A stretch of 64,000 nt of DNA from an uncultured Prevotella sp. (GCF_946407605.1 NZ_CAMJOS010000016.1:20800-84799); one strand, 5' to 3'. Counted from the stretch's first letter, positions 27,779 through 35,838 are shown. Notes: generated by a model from the sequence alone, not told the origin. Made by a program: numbers and translations.

Positions 27779-27786
27779 CAAAATTA
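27779..27786 (-). promoter_or_regulatory. -7 box TAatTTTG (minus strand) upstream of tRNA-Lys
   Basis: Consensus match 30 nt upstream of the mature tRNA 5' end. Confidence 0.4.
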
Positions 27787-27811
27787 CTAATAAATTATGA
27801 ATTGACCAAAT

Positions 27812-28924
27812 TTATTCGGATGATTTTTCCTTTTCGACCTCAATTTCGCCGTTTTCCTCGTTCTCTTTGGTGATATAACGCTGATAATAAGCCATTAAGA
27901 GGGTGGTGGCAGGCAGCGCGATGATGAGTCCGATGAAGCCCAGAAGTGCTCCCCATATTGACAGCGACAGCAGCAGGATGGCAGGGTTGAGGCGCATGGC
28001 TTTACCCATAATATAAGGTGTTACCACCAAGTCGATGATGACCTGGACTACTGCGAAGACCGCTACTGCCAAGGCGAAGATTACCCAGAAGTTCTGGCCT
28101 GTATCGGCAGCTTTGAGTAGTGCCAGCAGGGCTGTGGGTATCAGGGCGAAGGTATGCAGATAAGGTACCAAGTCGAGTATGCCGATGAGGATGCCCAGTC
28201 CGATGGCCATGGGGAAATCGATAATCGTGAAGCCAATACAGAAGAGGACGCCCATGATAAAGGCTACCATGCCTTGTCCGCGGATATAATTGCTCAACTC
28301 GCGTTCTGCATCTTTGGCCAACTCGCTCCAGAAAGGTCTGCTCTTCTTGGGGAATATCTTAATCCAGTTCTCCGTCAGGTATTCATAGTCCATCAGGATG
28401 AAGAACATATATAATAAGGTGATGAGCGAGGCGATGATGCTGATGATAATGCTGGCTGTCTGACCTACCACCGAGAACATCTGGGGCAGGGCCGCCCTGA
28501 CGCCATCGGTGAAGTTGGCACTCAGCAGGTATTCCTCCAGCTCCTCATGGTGGGTCTTTGTCCATTCGCTTACAGCCTCGGGGATACTGTCGATGTTGGC
28601 CGCATTATATATATAAGTGGTGATCAGGTCGCCCAACTTACGGAACTGCTCAATCATGGATGGAATGATTAGCCAGCCGATGCCACACATCACCAAGGTG
28701 ACAATGAATAGCGTGACGACGATACTGAGCACGCGGCCTGGCACATGAAGTTTGTACTGCACGAACTTGACGACAGGGTAGAGCAGGTAGGCCAGCAGCC
28801 ATGCAACGGCAAAGGGCAGTAGCACGCTGCCGAGATAGTTGACAAGGTAGAGGACGACAACAGCCAGCAGACCGTAGCCCAGCCAGCGCACAAACTTGTC
28901 GAAGGTGATAGGTTTATCGTACAT
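27812..28924 (-). CDS. AI-2E family transporter (PerM/UPF0118)
   Basis: 370 aa with about 8 TM segments and a family-typical layout. It lies 13 nt downstream of tdk on the same strand. Confidence 0.8.
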   Translation of the reverse strand: MYDKPITFDKFVRWLGYGLLAVVVLYLVNYLGSVLLPFAVAWLLAYLLYPVVKFVQYKLHVPGRVLSIVVTLFIVTLVMCGIGWLIIPSMIEQFRKLGDLITTYIYNAANIDSIPEAVSEWTKTHHEELEEYLLSANFTDGVRAALPQMFSVVGQTASIIISIIASLITLLYMFFILMDYEYLTENWIKIFPKKSRPFWSELAKDAERELSNYIRGQGMVAFIMGVLFCIGFTIIDFPMAIGLGILIGILDLVPYLHTFALIPTALLALLKAADTGQNFWVIFALAVAVFAVVQVIIDLVVTPYIMGKAMRLNPAILLLSLSIWGALLGFIGLIIALPATTLLMAYYQRYITKENEENGEIEVEKEKSSE

Positions 28925-28937
28925 GATAGTTTACAGT

Positions 28938-29531
28938 TTACTGTTTGCGGTTGTCTTCTTGTAGGGTCTTCTGATAGCATTCGCGACATAGGGGCTCGTA
29001 CTCCTGCGTTTCGCCCAACAGCACACGCTTGTCGTTTTGCACCTTACGGTGACTGACATAAGCCAGCGAGCCGCATTTCACGCAGATGGCATGAACCTTG
29101 GTCACCTCGTCGGCAATGGCACAAAGGGCAGGCATAGGGCCGAAGGGCACACCCTTAAAGTCCATGTCGAGGCCAGCTACGATGACTCGCACACCACGGT
29201 TTGCTAACTGGTTGCACACATCGACGATACCCTCGTCGAAGAACTGTGCCTCGTCGATTCCTACTACGTCTATATCGTTGGCTAACAGCAAGATGCTGGC
29301 CGACGAGTCGATGGGCGTTGACTGGATGTGCTTCTGGTCGTGGCTCACCACGTCTTCCTCAGAATAGCGCACATCAATGGCGGGCTTGAATATCTCAACC
29401 CGCTGCTTGGCAAACTGGGCGCGTCTCATGCGTCTGATGAGTTCCTCTGTCTTGCCCGAGAACATCGAGCCGCACACTACTTCGATTCTTCCTGGGCGGT
29501 GTGTCTCGCCCGTTGCTGGATACGTAATCAT
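28938..29531 (-). CDS. tdk: Thymidine kinase
   Basis: P-loop [15 protein letters not shown]-terminal zinc-ribbon cysteines (CVKCG...CRECY), 197 aa. Confidence 0.95.
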   Translation of the reverse strand: MITYPATGETHRPGRIEVVCGSMFSGKTEELIRRMRRAQFAKQRVEIFKPAIDVRYSEEDVVSHDQKHIQSTPIDSSASILLLANDIDVVGIDEAQFFDEGIVDVCNQLANRGVRVIVAGLDMDFKGVPFGPMPALCAIADEVTKVHAICVKCGSLAYVSHRKVQNDKRVLLGETQEYEPLCRECYQKTLQEDNRKQ

Positions 29532-29535
29532 GGTG

Positions 29536-29543
29536 CAAAGATA
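29536..29543 (-). promoter_or_regulatory. -7 box TAtcTTTG (minus strand) for tdk
   Basis: Consensus match with only CACC between the box and the ATG. Confidence 0.5.
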
Positions 29544-29555
29544 ATAAAAAGTTTA

Positions 29556-29583
29556 TAGTTCGTAGTTCATAGTTCATAGTTTT
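29556..29583 (+). repeat. Heptamer array, 4 x TAGTTCA-like (left arm)
   Basis: tagttcg tagttca tagttca tagtttt. Confidence 0.9.
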
Positions 29584-29616
29584 TTTTAGTAAAATGTTGT
29601 TAATTTGCGACAATAA

Positions 29617-29644
29617 TGAATTATGAACTATGAACTATGAACTA
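29617..29644 (+). repeat. Heptamer array, 4 x TGAACTA-like (right arm, reverse complement of the left arm)
   Basis: tgaatta tgaacta tgaacta tgaacta. Confidence 0.9.
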
Positions 29645-29651
29645 AAAACAC

Positions 29652-29659
29652 TAACTTTG
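29652..29659 (+). promoter_or_regulatory. -7 box TAacTTTG for rsmI
   Basis: Consensus match 8 nt before the ATG at 29668. Confidence 0.5.
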
Positions 29660-29667
29660 CACCCGAA

Positions 29668-30339
29668 ATGGGAATATTGTATATTGTACCGACCCCTGTG
29701 GGGAATATGGAGGACATGACCCTGCGAGCTGTTCGCATCCTGAAGGAGGTGGACTTGGTGCTGGCAGAAGATACCCGTACCTCGGGCATCCTGCTGAAGC
29801 ATTTCGACATCAAGAACCAACTGATGTCGCACCATAAGTTCAACGAACATGGTACCAGTGCTGGCATCGTCCAGCGACTGCAGGCAGGACAGGACGTAGC
29901 CCTGATTAGCGACGCAGGCACCCCAGGCATCAGCGACCCAGGCTTCTTCCTGGTTCGCGAGGCGGTGAGGGCTGGTATCGAGGTGCAGACGCTCCCTGGT
30001 CCTACGGCCTTCGTGCCTGCCTTGGTGAGCAGCGGCCTGCCCTGCGACCGTTTTGTGTTCGAGGGCTTCCTGCCTCAGAAGAAAGGCAGGAAGACGCGAT
30101 TGGAGTCGCTCATCAACGAGGAGCGCACCATGATATTCTATGAGTCGCCCTATCGTCTGGTCAAGACGCTGGAGCAGTTTGCCGAGGTCTATGGTGCTGA
30201 CCGTCAGGTGAGTGTCTGCCGAGAAATATCAAAGGTACACGAGGAAAGTGTGCGTGGCTCCTTGCAGGAGGTCATCGCCCATTTCAAAGAGACGGAACCT
30301 CGAGGGGAAATCGTCATCATTCTAGCTGGAAAAGAATAG
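29668..30339 (+). CDS. rsmI: 16S rRNA (cytidine1402-2'-O)-methyltransferase
   Basis: LYIVPTPVGNMEDMTLRAVRILKEVDLVLAEDTR is a typical RsmI tetrapyrrole-methylase-fold N-terminus. Confidence 0.9.
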   Translation: MGILYIVPTPVGNMEDMTLRAVRILKEVDLVLAEDTRTSGILLKHFDIKNQLMSHHKFNEHGTSAGIVQRLQAGQDVALISDAGTPGISDPGFFLVREAVRAGIEVQTLPGPTAFVPALVSSGLPCDRFVFEGFLPQKKGRKTRLESLINEERTMIFYESPYRLVKTLEQFAEVYGADRQVSVCREISKVHEESVRGSLQEVIAHFKETEPRGEIVIILAGKE

Positions 30340-30357
30340 TTTATGAACTTAAATGAT

Positions 30358-31209
30358 ATGAAGAAAGTTTTATTTTTTGCCGTATGCCTGCTGGCGCTGG
30401 CATCGTGCAAGGACAATGGTAACAACAAGGAACGCGCTGACTTGAATCAGAGAATAGACTCGCTGCAGCGTGTGAACGTCCAGAAGGACAATGAGATTAA
30501 CGACATGCTCGAGACGCTGAACAGCATCGAGGATGGCTTCCGTGCCATCAACGAGGCTCAGGGTCGCGTGACTGTGGAGCGTCGCGGTGAGGGTGCTAAT
30601 GCCAGTGCCCGCATTCGTGAGAATATGCAGTTCATCCAGGAAACGATGAACCAGAACAAAGAGCTCATCAACAAGCTGCGCATCCGTCTGCGTGACAGCA
30701 ATACGGCTAGTGAGCAACTGCGTAAGACCATCGAGAACCTGACGGCTCAGATGGAGGAGAAGGAGAGTGAGATTGCAGTACTGCGTGAGGAGCTGGAGGC
30801 AAAGGATATCCATATTGCTGAGTTGGACCAGCAGGTATCGCAGCTGAGCGATGATGTGGTGATGCTGAAGGACGAGAATGCCCAGAAAGACGAGACCATC
30901 GGCACGCAGGACAAGGAGCTGAACACAGCTTGGTATGTCTTTGGCACCAAACGTGAGCTGAAAGAGCAGAACATCCTGAAGAGTGGCGAGGTGCTGCAGG
31001 GCAACTTCAACAAGAACTACTTTACGAAGATTGACATTCGTGTGGACAAAGAGATTAAGCTGATGTCGCGCGATGCCAAGCTCCTTACCAACCATCCTGC
31101 TGGCAGCTACACGCTGGAGCGTGATGCCAATAAGCAGTATGTGCTGCGTATCACCAACCCCCAGCAGTTCTGGAGCACCAGCAAGTATCTGGTTGTTCAG
31201 GTTAAGTAA
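30358..31209 (+). CDS. Coiled-coil lipoprotein of unknown function
   Basis: MKKVLFFAVCLLALASC lipobox from the ATG at 30358 (an alternative ATG lies at 30343). A long Glu/Leu/Gln heptad-like region follows. I recognise no family. Confidence 0.6.
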   Translation: MKKVLFFAVCLLALASCKDNGNNKERADLNQRIDSLQRVNVQKDNEINDMLETLNSIEDGFRAINEAQGRVTVERRGEGANASARIRENMQFIQETMNQNKELINKLRIRLRDSNTASEQLRKTIENLTAQMEEKESEIAVLREELEAKDIHIAELDQQVSQLSDDVVMLKDENAQKDETIGTQDKELNTAWYVFGTKRELKEQNILKSGEVLQGNFNKNYFTKIDIRVDKEIKLMSRDAKLLTNHPAGSYTLERDANKQYVLRITNPQQFWSTSKYLVVQVK

Positions 31210-31258
31210 GGTGAAAGGTGAAAAGTGAAAATTGAAAATTGAAGGGTGAAAGGTGAAA
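31210..31258 (+). repeat. Heptamer array, 7 x GGTGAAA-like (49 bp), between convergent genes
   Basis: ggtgaaa ggtgaaa agtgaaa attgaaa attgaag ggtgaaa ggtgaaa. Confidence 0.9.
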
Positions 31259-31262
31259 TACC

Positions 31263-31706
31263 TTAGCGCTTCTGCTTAAAGAAATCTTGCATTAACTGGC
31301 GGCATTCTTCCTCAAGGATGCCGCCTTTGCATTCTGCCTTGGGGTGAAGCACACGAGGGGCATACTCCTGAAAGCCGCGCTTGGGGTCGGCCGCACCAAA
31401 GATGATGCGAGGCACCTGAGCCCAACCAATAGCGCCAGCACACATAGGACAGGGCTCTACAGTGACGTACAACGTGCAGTCAGTCAGGTACTTACCTCCA
31501 AGAGTGTTAGCCGCCATTGTGATGGCCTGCATCTCAGCATGAGCCGTAGGGTCGGTGAGGGTCTCCGTCAGATTATGGGCACGAGCCACGATGGTATCAT
31601 GGCATACAATGACGCAGCCGATGGGTATCTCGTCCTTGGCAAAGGCCTTTTTGGCCTCGGATAGTGCCATCTGCATATACTTTTCGTCTTTATTTTTCTC
31701 TTCCAT
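31263..31706 (-). CDS. tadA: tRNA adenosine(34) deaminase
   Basis: HAEMQAI and PCPMCAGAI zinc-binding motifs, 147 aa. Confidence 0.92.
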   Translation of the reverse strand: MEEKNKDEKYMQMALSEAKKAFAKDEIPIGCVIVCHDTIVARAHNLTETLTDPTAHAEMQAITMAANTLGGKYLTDCTLYVTVEPCPMCAGAIGWAQVPRIIFGAADPKRGFQEYAPRVLHPKAECKGGILEEECRQLMQDFFKQKR

Positions 31707-31710
31707 GATG

Positions 31711-31718
31711 CAAAGTTA
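31711..31718 (-). promoter_or_regulatory. -7 box TAacTTTG (minus strand) for tadA
   Basis: Consensus match with only CATC between the box and the ATG. Confidence 0.5.
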
Positions 31719-31815
31719 CGAGAAATCGAGTGCAGAACAAAAGATTTTAATCTTTTTTATGCCGAGATGCAGTAAGTTCGCCATCTAAGATGGCAAAGTT
31801 ACGAAAAATATTTCG

Positions 31816-31823
31816 TACTTTTG
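31816..31823 (+). promoter_or_regulatory. -7 box TActTTTG for birA
   Basis: Consensus match with only CAAC between the box and the GTG at 31828. Confidence 0.45.
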
Positions 31824-31827
31824 CAAC

Positions 31828-32529
31828 GTGGAATGGAAAATCATACATATTGACGAAACGGACTCCACCAACCGCTGGCTAAAAGACCACGGGGAAGAGC
31901 AAAAAGTCGCCGTTGTGGCTGAGTATCAGACGGCAGGTCGCGGCTGTGGCACCAACAAATGGGAGAGTGAACGTGGCAAGAACCTGCTGTTCTCGTTGCT
32001 TATTCATCCCACAGAACTGCCTGCCGCAAAGCAGTTTCATATCTCGATGGCCATCTCGCTGGCCATCTGTGAGGCGCTGGGACAGCATATCGGCGACCTC
32101 TCCATCAAATGGCCCAACGACATTTACTGGCGCAACGGCAAAATTGGCGGCATCTTGATAGAGAACCGTATTCAGGGCAGCACCATCAAGGACTGCATCA
32201 TTGGTGTGGGACTGAATGTCAATCAGCGTGAGTTTCACAGCGATGCCCCCAATCCTGTGTCGCTGTGGCAGATATGTGAACACGAGTCTGATTGCAACCA
32301 ACTGCTGCAGGATATCCTGGAGGCGTTCGAAAAGATGATGGGGTCAGTGATCAAGGATCGCTATATGCAGATGCTCTATCGTCGTAAGGGCTTTCATCCC
32401 TATGTCGACAAAGATGGCGCCTTCATGGCCCAGTTGGTAGATGTGGAGGACGATGGTCACCTGCAGCTCTGCGATGACAACGGCCAGCAGCGACGCTATG
32501 CCTTCAAGGAGGTTCAGTATGTGATTTAG
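31828..32529 (+). CDS. birA: Biotin--[acetyl-CoA-carboxylase] ligase (no DNA-binding domain)
   Basis: IDETDSTNRWL and QTAGRGCGTNKWES (a GRGRxGRxW-type motif). The apparent start is a GTG at 31828, 4 nt after a -7 box. Confidence 0.85.
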   Translation: MEWKIIHIDETDSTNRWLKDHGEEQKVAVVAEYQTAGRGCGTNKWESERGKNLLFSLLIHPTELPAAKQFHISMAISLAICEALGQHIGDLSIKWPNDIYWRNGKIGGILIENRIQGSTIKDCIIGVGLNVNQREFHSDAPNPVSLWQICEHESDCNQLLQDILEAFEKMMGSVIKDRYMQMLYRRKGFHPYVDKDGAFMAQLVDVEDDGHLQLCDDNGQQRRYAFKEVQYVI

Positions 32530-32533
32530 GCCT

Positions 32534-32565
32534 CGAAATAACGAAATAACGTAATAACGAAATAA
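32534..32565 (+). repeat. Octamer array, 4 x CGAAATAA, between birA and pyrH
   Basis: cgaaataa cgaaataa cgtaataa cgaaataa. It ends 12 nt before the pyrH ATG. Confidence 0.9.
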
Positions 32566-32576
32566 AACAAAAAACT

Positions 32577-33287
32577 ATGGCAAGATTTAAAAGGATTCTA
32601 TTGAAGCTGTCAGGCGAGAGCCTGATGGGAAAGCAGGGCTACGGCATCGACCCTGAGCGCTTGAGCGACTATGCCAAGCAGATTAAGGAGGTGGCCGAGA
32701 TGGGCGTGCAGATTGGCATCGTCATTGGAGGCGGCAACATCTTCCGTGGCCTGAGTGGCTCGCAGAAGGGCTTCGATCGTGTGAAGGGCGACCAGATGGG
32801 CATGTGCGCCACAGTCATCAACTCGCTGGCGTTGAGTTCGGCTCTGGGCGCTATTGGCGTGAAGAACAAGGTGTTGACGGCTATCCGCATGGAGCCTATT
32901 GGTGAGTTCTACACCAAGTGGAAGGCCATTGAGGCGATGGAGGCAGGCTATGTGTGCATCTTCTCGGCAGGTACAGGCTCGCCCTATTTCACCACAGATA
33001 CAGGCTCAAGCCTGCGTGGTATCGAGATTGAGGCTGACGTGATGCTGAAGGGCACTCGTGTGGACGGTATCTATACGGCCGACCCAGAGAAAGACCCCAC
33101 AGCCACCAAGTTCGACAGTATTACATATAAAGAGGTACTAGCGCGAGGCCTGAAGGTGATGGACCTCACAGCTATCTGCATGTGCCAGGACAACAACCTG
33201 CCCATCTATGTGTTTAATATGGATGTTGTAGGAAATCTGAAGAAGGTAATGGCTGGCGAGGAAATAGGCACGTTAGTTCACAACTAA
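32577..33287 (+). CDS. pyrH: UMP kinase
   Basis: KRILLKLSGESL, GGGNIFRG and GTGSPYFTTD motifs, 236 aa. Confidence 0.95.
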   Translation: MARFKRILLKLSGESLMGKQGYGIDPERLSDYAKQIKEVAEMGVQIGIVIGGGNIFRGLSGSQKGFDRVKGDQMGMCATVINSLALSSALGAIGVKNKVLTAIRMEPIGEFYTKWKAIEAMEAGYVCIFSAGTGSPYFTTDTGSSLRGIEIEADVMLKGTRVDGIYTADPEKDPTATKFDSITYKEVLARGLKVMDLTAICMCQDNNLPIYVFNMDVVGNLKKVMAGEEIGTLVHN

Positions 33288-33319
33288 CCTCTTTCCTCCT
33301 TCCACATTCCTCTTTCCAC
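33288..33319 (-). repeat. Heptamer array, about 4.5 x GWGGAAA-like (minus strand), directly after the pyrH stop
   Basis: The reverse complement reads gtggaaa gaggaat gtggaag gaggaaa gagg, the same unit as the array at 897-945. Confidence 0.85.
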
Positions 33320-33325
33320 TAAAGT

Positions 33326-33718
33326 TTACTCTTCAGTAAACTCTACATATTCGCCCTCATCCTGGGCGAATATTTTTTTGTTCGACTGCGGCTGGCGCTC
33401 ATCAACGATGGTGACGCCATCGGCAGTATGGATGGTGGTGCGAGTGGATTGCTGCTGCTGACGACGGAACGGCCCTTGCTGTTGCTGTCGGCCCTGCTGC
33501 TGTGTGCCAGAGCCCTTGAAGTAGTCGCTGTCGAAGTTTACTTTGTCTTTCTTCTTGTAGAAACGGTTCGACAGGCGCTCGAAGTCCTCCTCCGTCATCT
33601 CGCCCCTGGTCATCCGCTTCACAAACTTATAGCCCTTGCGCAGATAGTAAAAGCCTACCACCAGCCCCAAGGCGATGATGACAACAATGACGATAGCTAT
33701 AGCACCCAGAATCTCCAT
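33326..33718 (-). CDS. Small N-terminally anchored protein with a Gln/Arg-rich region (DUF4834-like)
   Basis: A single N-terminal TM, a QQQGRQQQQGPFRRQQQQ tract and an acidic tail. As I recall, Bacteroidales DUF4834 proteins also sit downstream of pssA. Confidence 0.6.
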   Translation of the reverse strand: MEILGAIAIVIVVIIALGLVVGFYYLRKGYKFVKRMTRGEMTEEDFERLSNRFYKKKDKVNFDSDYFKGSGTQQQGRQQQQGPFRRQQQQSTRTTIHTADGVTIVDERQPQSNKKIFAQDEGEYVEFTEE

Positions 33719-33721
33719 GAG

Positions 33722-33770
33722 CTTTCACCTTTCAACTTTCACCTTTCATCTTTCACCTTTCACCCTTCAC
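33722..33770 (-). repeat. Heptamer array, 7 x GTGAAAG-like (49 bp, minus strand), between the pssA stop and the next start
   Basis: The plus strand reads ctttcac ctttcaa ctttcac ctttcat ctttcac ctttcac ccttcac. The array overlaps the pssA stop and ends 3 nt from the ATG at 33718. Confidence 0.9.
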
Positions 33771-34462
33771 CCCTTCTTCTGTGTACAAGCAGACAGCACC
33801 ACATACCATGCGATGATGGCAGCCAGACCGCTGACACCCAGTATCAGCAGCAAGGGGATGCAGGTCAGCAGGAAGATGAACTTCACCTCGTTGCCCTTCC
33901 AGCCCCAGGTCTTGAACTTCAGGGCGAACATGGGAATCTCGGCTATCAGCAGATAGCTGAACAGCAGCATCATGACGATGACACCATATATATAAATAGG
34001 TGACGACTGCAGCCAGTCGCCTGCTCCCACGATGAGTGAACCCCAGAACAGGGCGTTGGCAGGGGTAGGCAGGCCAATGAAGCCCATCGCCTGACGCTCG
34101 TCGAGGTTGAACTTCGCCAGTCTGAGGGCCGAGAAGGCAGCCATGATAAATGCCAGGAACGGCATGATGAAGGCAATGGGGTAGGGCAGTTCGTGGAAGC
34201 TGTAGCCACACAGCCAGTTGAAGATGATGGCTGAGGGCGCGAAGCCGAAGGTGATATCGTCGGCCAGCGAGTCTAGCTCCTTGCCTATGGGCGAGCTGAC
34301 GTGCAGCAGACGAGCCGTCATGCCGTCGAAGAAGTCGAACACGGCTCCGATGATAATAAACAGCAACGCCAGCTTGTAGTCTCCTAGAAAGGCCCAATAA
34401 GTAGCGATGCATCCTGAAATCAGGTTGCAGCACGTAATCGTATTAGGGATGTGCTTCTTCAT
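33767..34462 (-). CDS. pssA: CDP-diacylglycerol--serine O-phosphatidyltransferase
   Basis: CDP-alcohol phosphatidyltransferase motif DGMTARLLHVSSPIGKELDSLADD. I took the ATG at 34462 (MKKHIPN), because the listed start at 34471 is a TTG. Confidence 0.9.
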   Translation of the reverse strand: MKKHIPNTITCCNLISGCIATYWAFLGDYKLALLFIIIGAVFDFFDGMTARLLHVSSPIGKELDSLADDITFGFAPSAIIFNWLCGYSFHELPYPIAFIMPFLAFIMAAFSALRLAKFNLDERQAMGFIGLPTPANALFWGSLIVGAGDWLQSSPIYIYGVIVMMLLFSYLLIAEIPMFALKFKTWGWKGNEVKFIFLLTCIPLLLILGVSGLAAIIAWYVVLSACTQKKG

Positions 34463-34464
34463 AA

Positions 34465-34485
34465 ACCTCAAATCTCAAACCTCAA
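34465..34485 (-). repeat. Three TTGAGRT heptamers (minus strand) bridging the psd stop and the pssA start
   Basis: The plus strand reads acctcaa atctcaa acctcaa. The psd stop is at 34482-34484 and the pssA ATG is at 34462. Confidence 0.8.
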
Positions 34486-35171
34486 GCCAGCTTGGCGATG
34501 ACTGTCTGGTCACCTGTGGTGGGCTGCTTCATCTTCACGCAGGGCTTAGAGCCGAGGGGCAGATAGACATCCACTCGCGAGCCCAGCTTGATGAATCCCA
34601 GGTGCTCGTCGATATAGCATTCCTCGTCGCCCTTGGCGTAGGTCACGATGCGTCGGGCCATAGCGCCTGCAATCTGGCGCACCAGCACCTCCTCGCTGTG
34701 AGGCGTCTCAATCATGATGTCAGCATGTTCGTTCTCCTCGCTGGCCTTGGGTAGCCAGGCCTTGTGGTAGTTGCCGTTGAAGTGCTTCACGAACTTTACC
34801 CTTCCGTCAACGGGGAACCAGTTGGCGTGGACGTTCAGCGGACTCATGAAGATGCTGATCATCAGGCGCTTATCGTGAAAGTAATCGTTCTCTTCCACCT
34901 CTTCTATCACCACGATCTTACCGTCGGCTGGCGCCACCACCACCTTGTCTGTGTCGCCGCTGAAGTAGCGGATAGGACAGCGATAGAAGTTGAGCATCAG
35001 CATCCAGGCGGTGCCGAAGATGAGTATGAAGATAATAAAAGGTATAGGTGTGTCGAAGAATCTCCAGAGCGCCACGCTTATGGCAATGATGATAAAGAGG
35101 CTGTAAAGCAGCTCTTCCGTGCCCTCGCGATGTATTCTGATTTTCTTCAGTTTCTTTATTCTTTCTCCCAT
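34482..35171 (-). CDS. psd: Phosphatidylserine decarboxylase proenzyme
   Basis: Short Bacteroidetes-type Psd with two N-terminal TM segments and a LGSRV self-cleavage region. It is adjacent to pssA. Confidence 0.9.
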   Translation of the reverse strand: MGERIKKLKKIRIHREGTEELLYSLFIIIAISVALWRFFDTPIPFIIFILIFGTAWMLMLNFYRCPIRYFSGDTDKVVVAPADGKIVVIEEVEENDYFHDKRLMISIFMSPLNVHANWFPVDGRVKFVKHFNGNYHKAWLPKASEENEHADIMIETPHSEEVLVRQIAGAMARRIVTYAKGDEECYIDEHLGFIKLGSRVDVYLPLGSKPCVKMKQPTTGDQTVIAKLA

Positions 35172-35201
35172 GAGTTTGTTTTAAGCATTCGATTTTCGAT
35201 G

Positions 35202-35209
35202 CAAAGGTA
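35202..35209 (-). promoter_or_regulatory. -7 box TAccTTTG (minus strand) for psd-pssA
   Basis: Consensus match 31 nt upstream of the psd ATG. Confidence 0.5.
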
Positions 35210-35462
35210 ATGCTTTTTTATCAATTAACAAAGTTTTTGTCGATGAATCTTCTTTTTTTGTTCCTTAAAGGTTAATCAAAGCGAGTGAAAAGACTCATAA
35301 TTCGACTCAAAATTTCACCCCAAAGAAATAATGTTTCTGCTTCATTCCGACATTGGAAACAAACCGTTTCTCTAGTGTCTGGTTAAATGCGAAATGTTAA
35401 TATTTTTCATACGTCTCCAGTCCTACTCCATTTTTGCCACTTAACTAGAGAAAAATATCTCG

Positions 35463-35528
35463 CTAGTTAGGAAAAATTTTTTTCCTAGTTAGGGAAAAAG
35501 TTTTTTCTAGTTAGGGCGCAAATTTTAT
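35463..35528 (+). repeat. Three tandem 22-bp units, each starting CTAGTTAGG, preceded by one inverted core (TTAACTAG at 35441-35448)
   Basis: CTAGTTAGG occurs at 35463, 35485 and 35507, an exact 22-nt period. Each core is followed by an A-run and then a T-run. Confidence 0.85.
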
Positions 35529-35798
35529 TAGTCTGAGAACACTAGTTTCCAATTAAAAATTTGTTGAGAAAATACAGGTTTTTCCGACATTCATTTTTTG
35601 GCTAACTTATATATGAGAAAGTACAAAGATACAAAAATTAATCAGAATTTATTTAGAATGCCATAACCTATTGATAATAAAGAATTTAGTCAATGTTGTA
35701 AAATTGTTAACCGGACACTAATGGATGAAAAAAATAATTTTTTTCTTTAGAAATTTAAAAAAGTTACTTAAAAACTTGTGAGTTTAAATATTTTTTAA

Positions 35799-35806
35799 TA
35801 TATTTG
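35799..35806 (+). promoter_or_regulatory. -7 box TAtaTTTG, candidate promoter of the giant-protein operon
   Basis: Consensus match with CTTG at 35775-35778, 20 nt upstream. This predicts a leader of about 110 nt before the ATG at 35923. Confidence 0.45.
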
Positions 35807-35821
35807 CAGCCTAAAGCCTAA

Positions 35822-35838
35822 TTTGTGTCCGACACAAA
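35822..35838 (+). promoter_or_regulatory. 17-bp palindrome TTTGTGTC-C-GACACAAA just downstream of the candidate operon promoter
   Basis: Perfect 8-bp arms, flanked by two AAAGCCTAA copies (35813-35821 and 35861-35869). Confidence 0.5.

Noticed and set aside
27569-27811. A possible integrated mobile element at tRNA-Lys.
   Set aside because: Only 89 nt separate the direct repeats, and no integrase, excisionase or transposase ORF is nearby. It is recorded as a possible scar, not as a mobile element.
31705-31812. Two copies of GCAAAGTTACGA(G/A)AAAT (about 31710-31726 and 31792-31808) between tadA and birA, as a second promoter or regulatory repeat.
   Set aside because: The first copy is the tadA -7 box region. 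The second points away from birA and has no downstream gene on its strand. It is possibly a duplicated promoter remnant, but support is insufficient.
33753-34433. A 226-aa minus-strand ORF in another frame overlapping pssA, and a plus-strand ORF at 33428-34003.
   Set aside because: The pssA frame carries the CDP-alcohol phosphatidyltransferase motif. The alternative frames are Arg/His/Leu-rich with no motifs.
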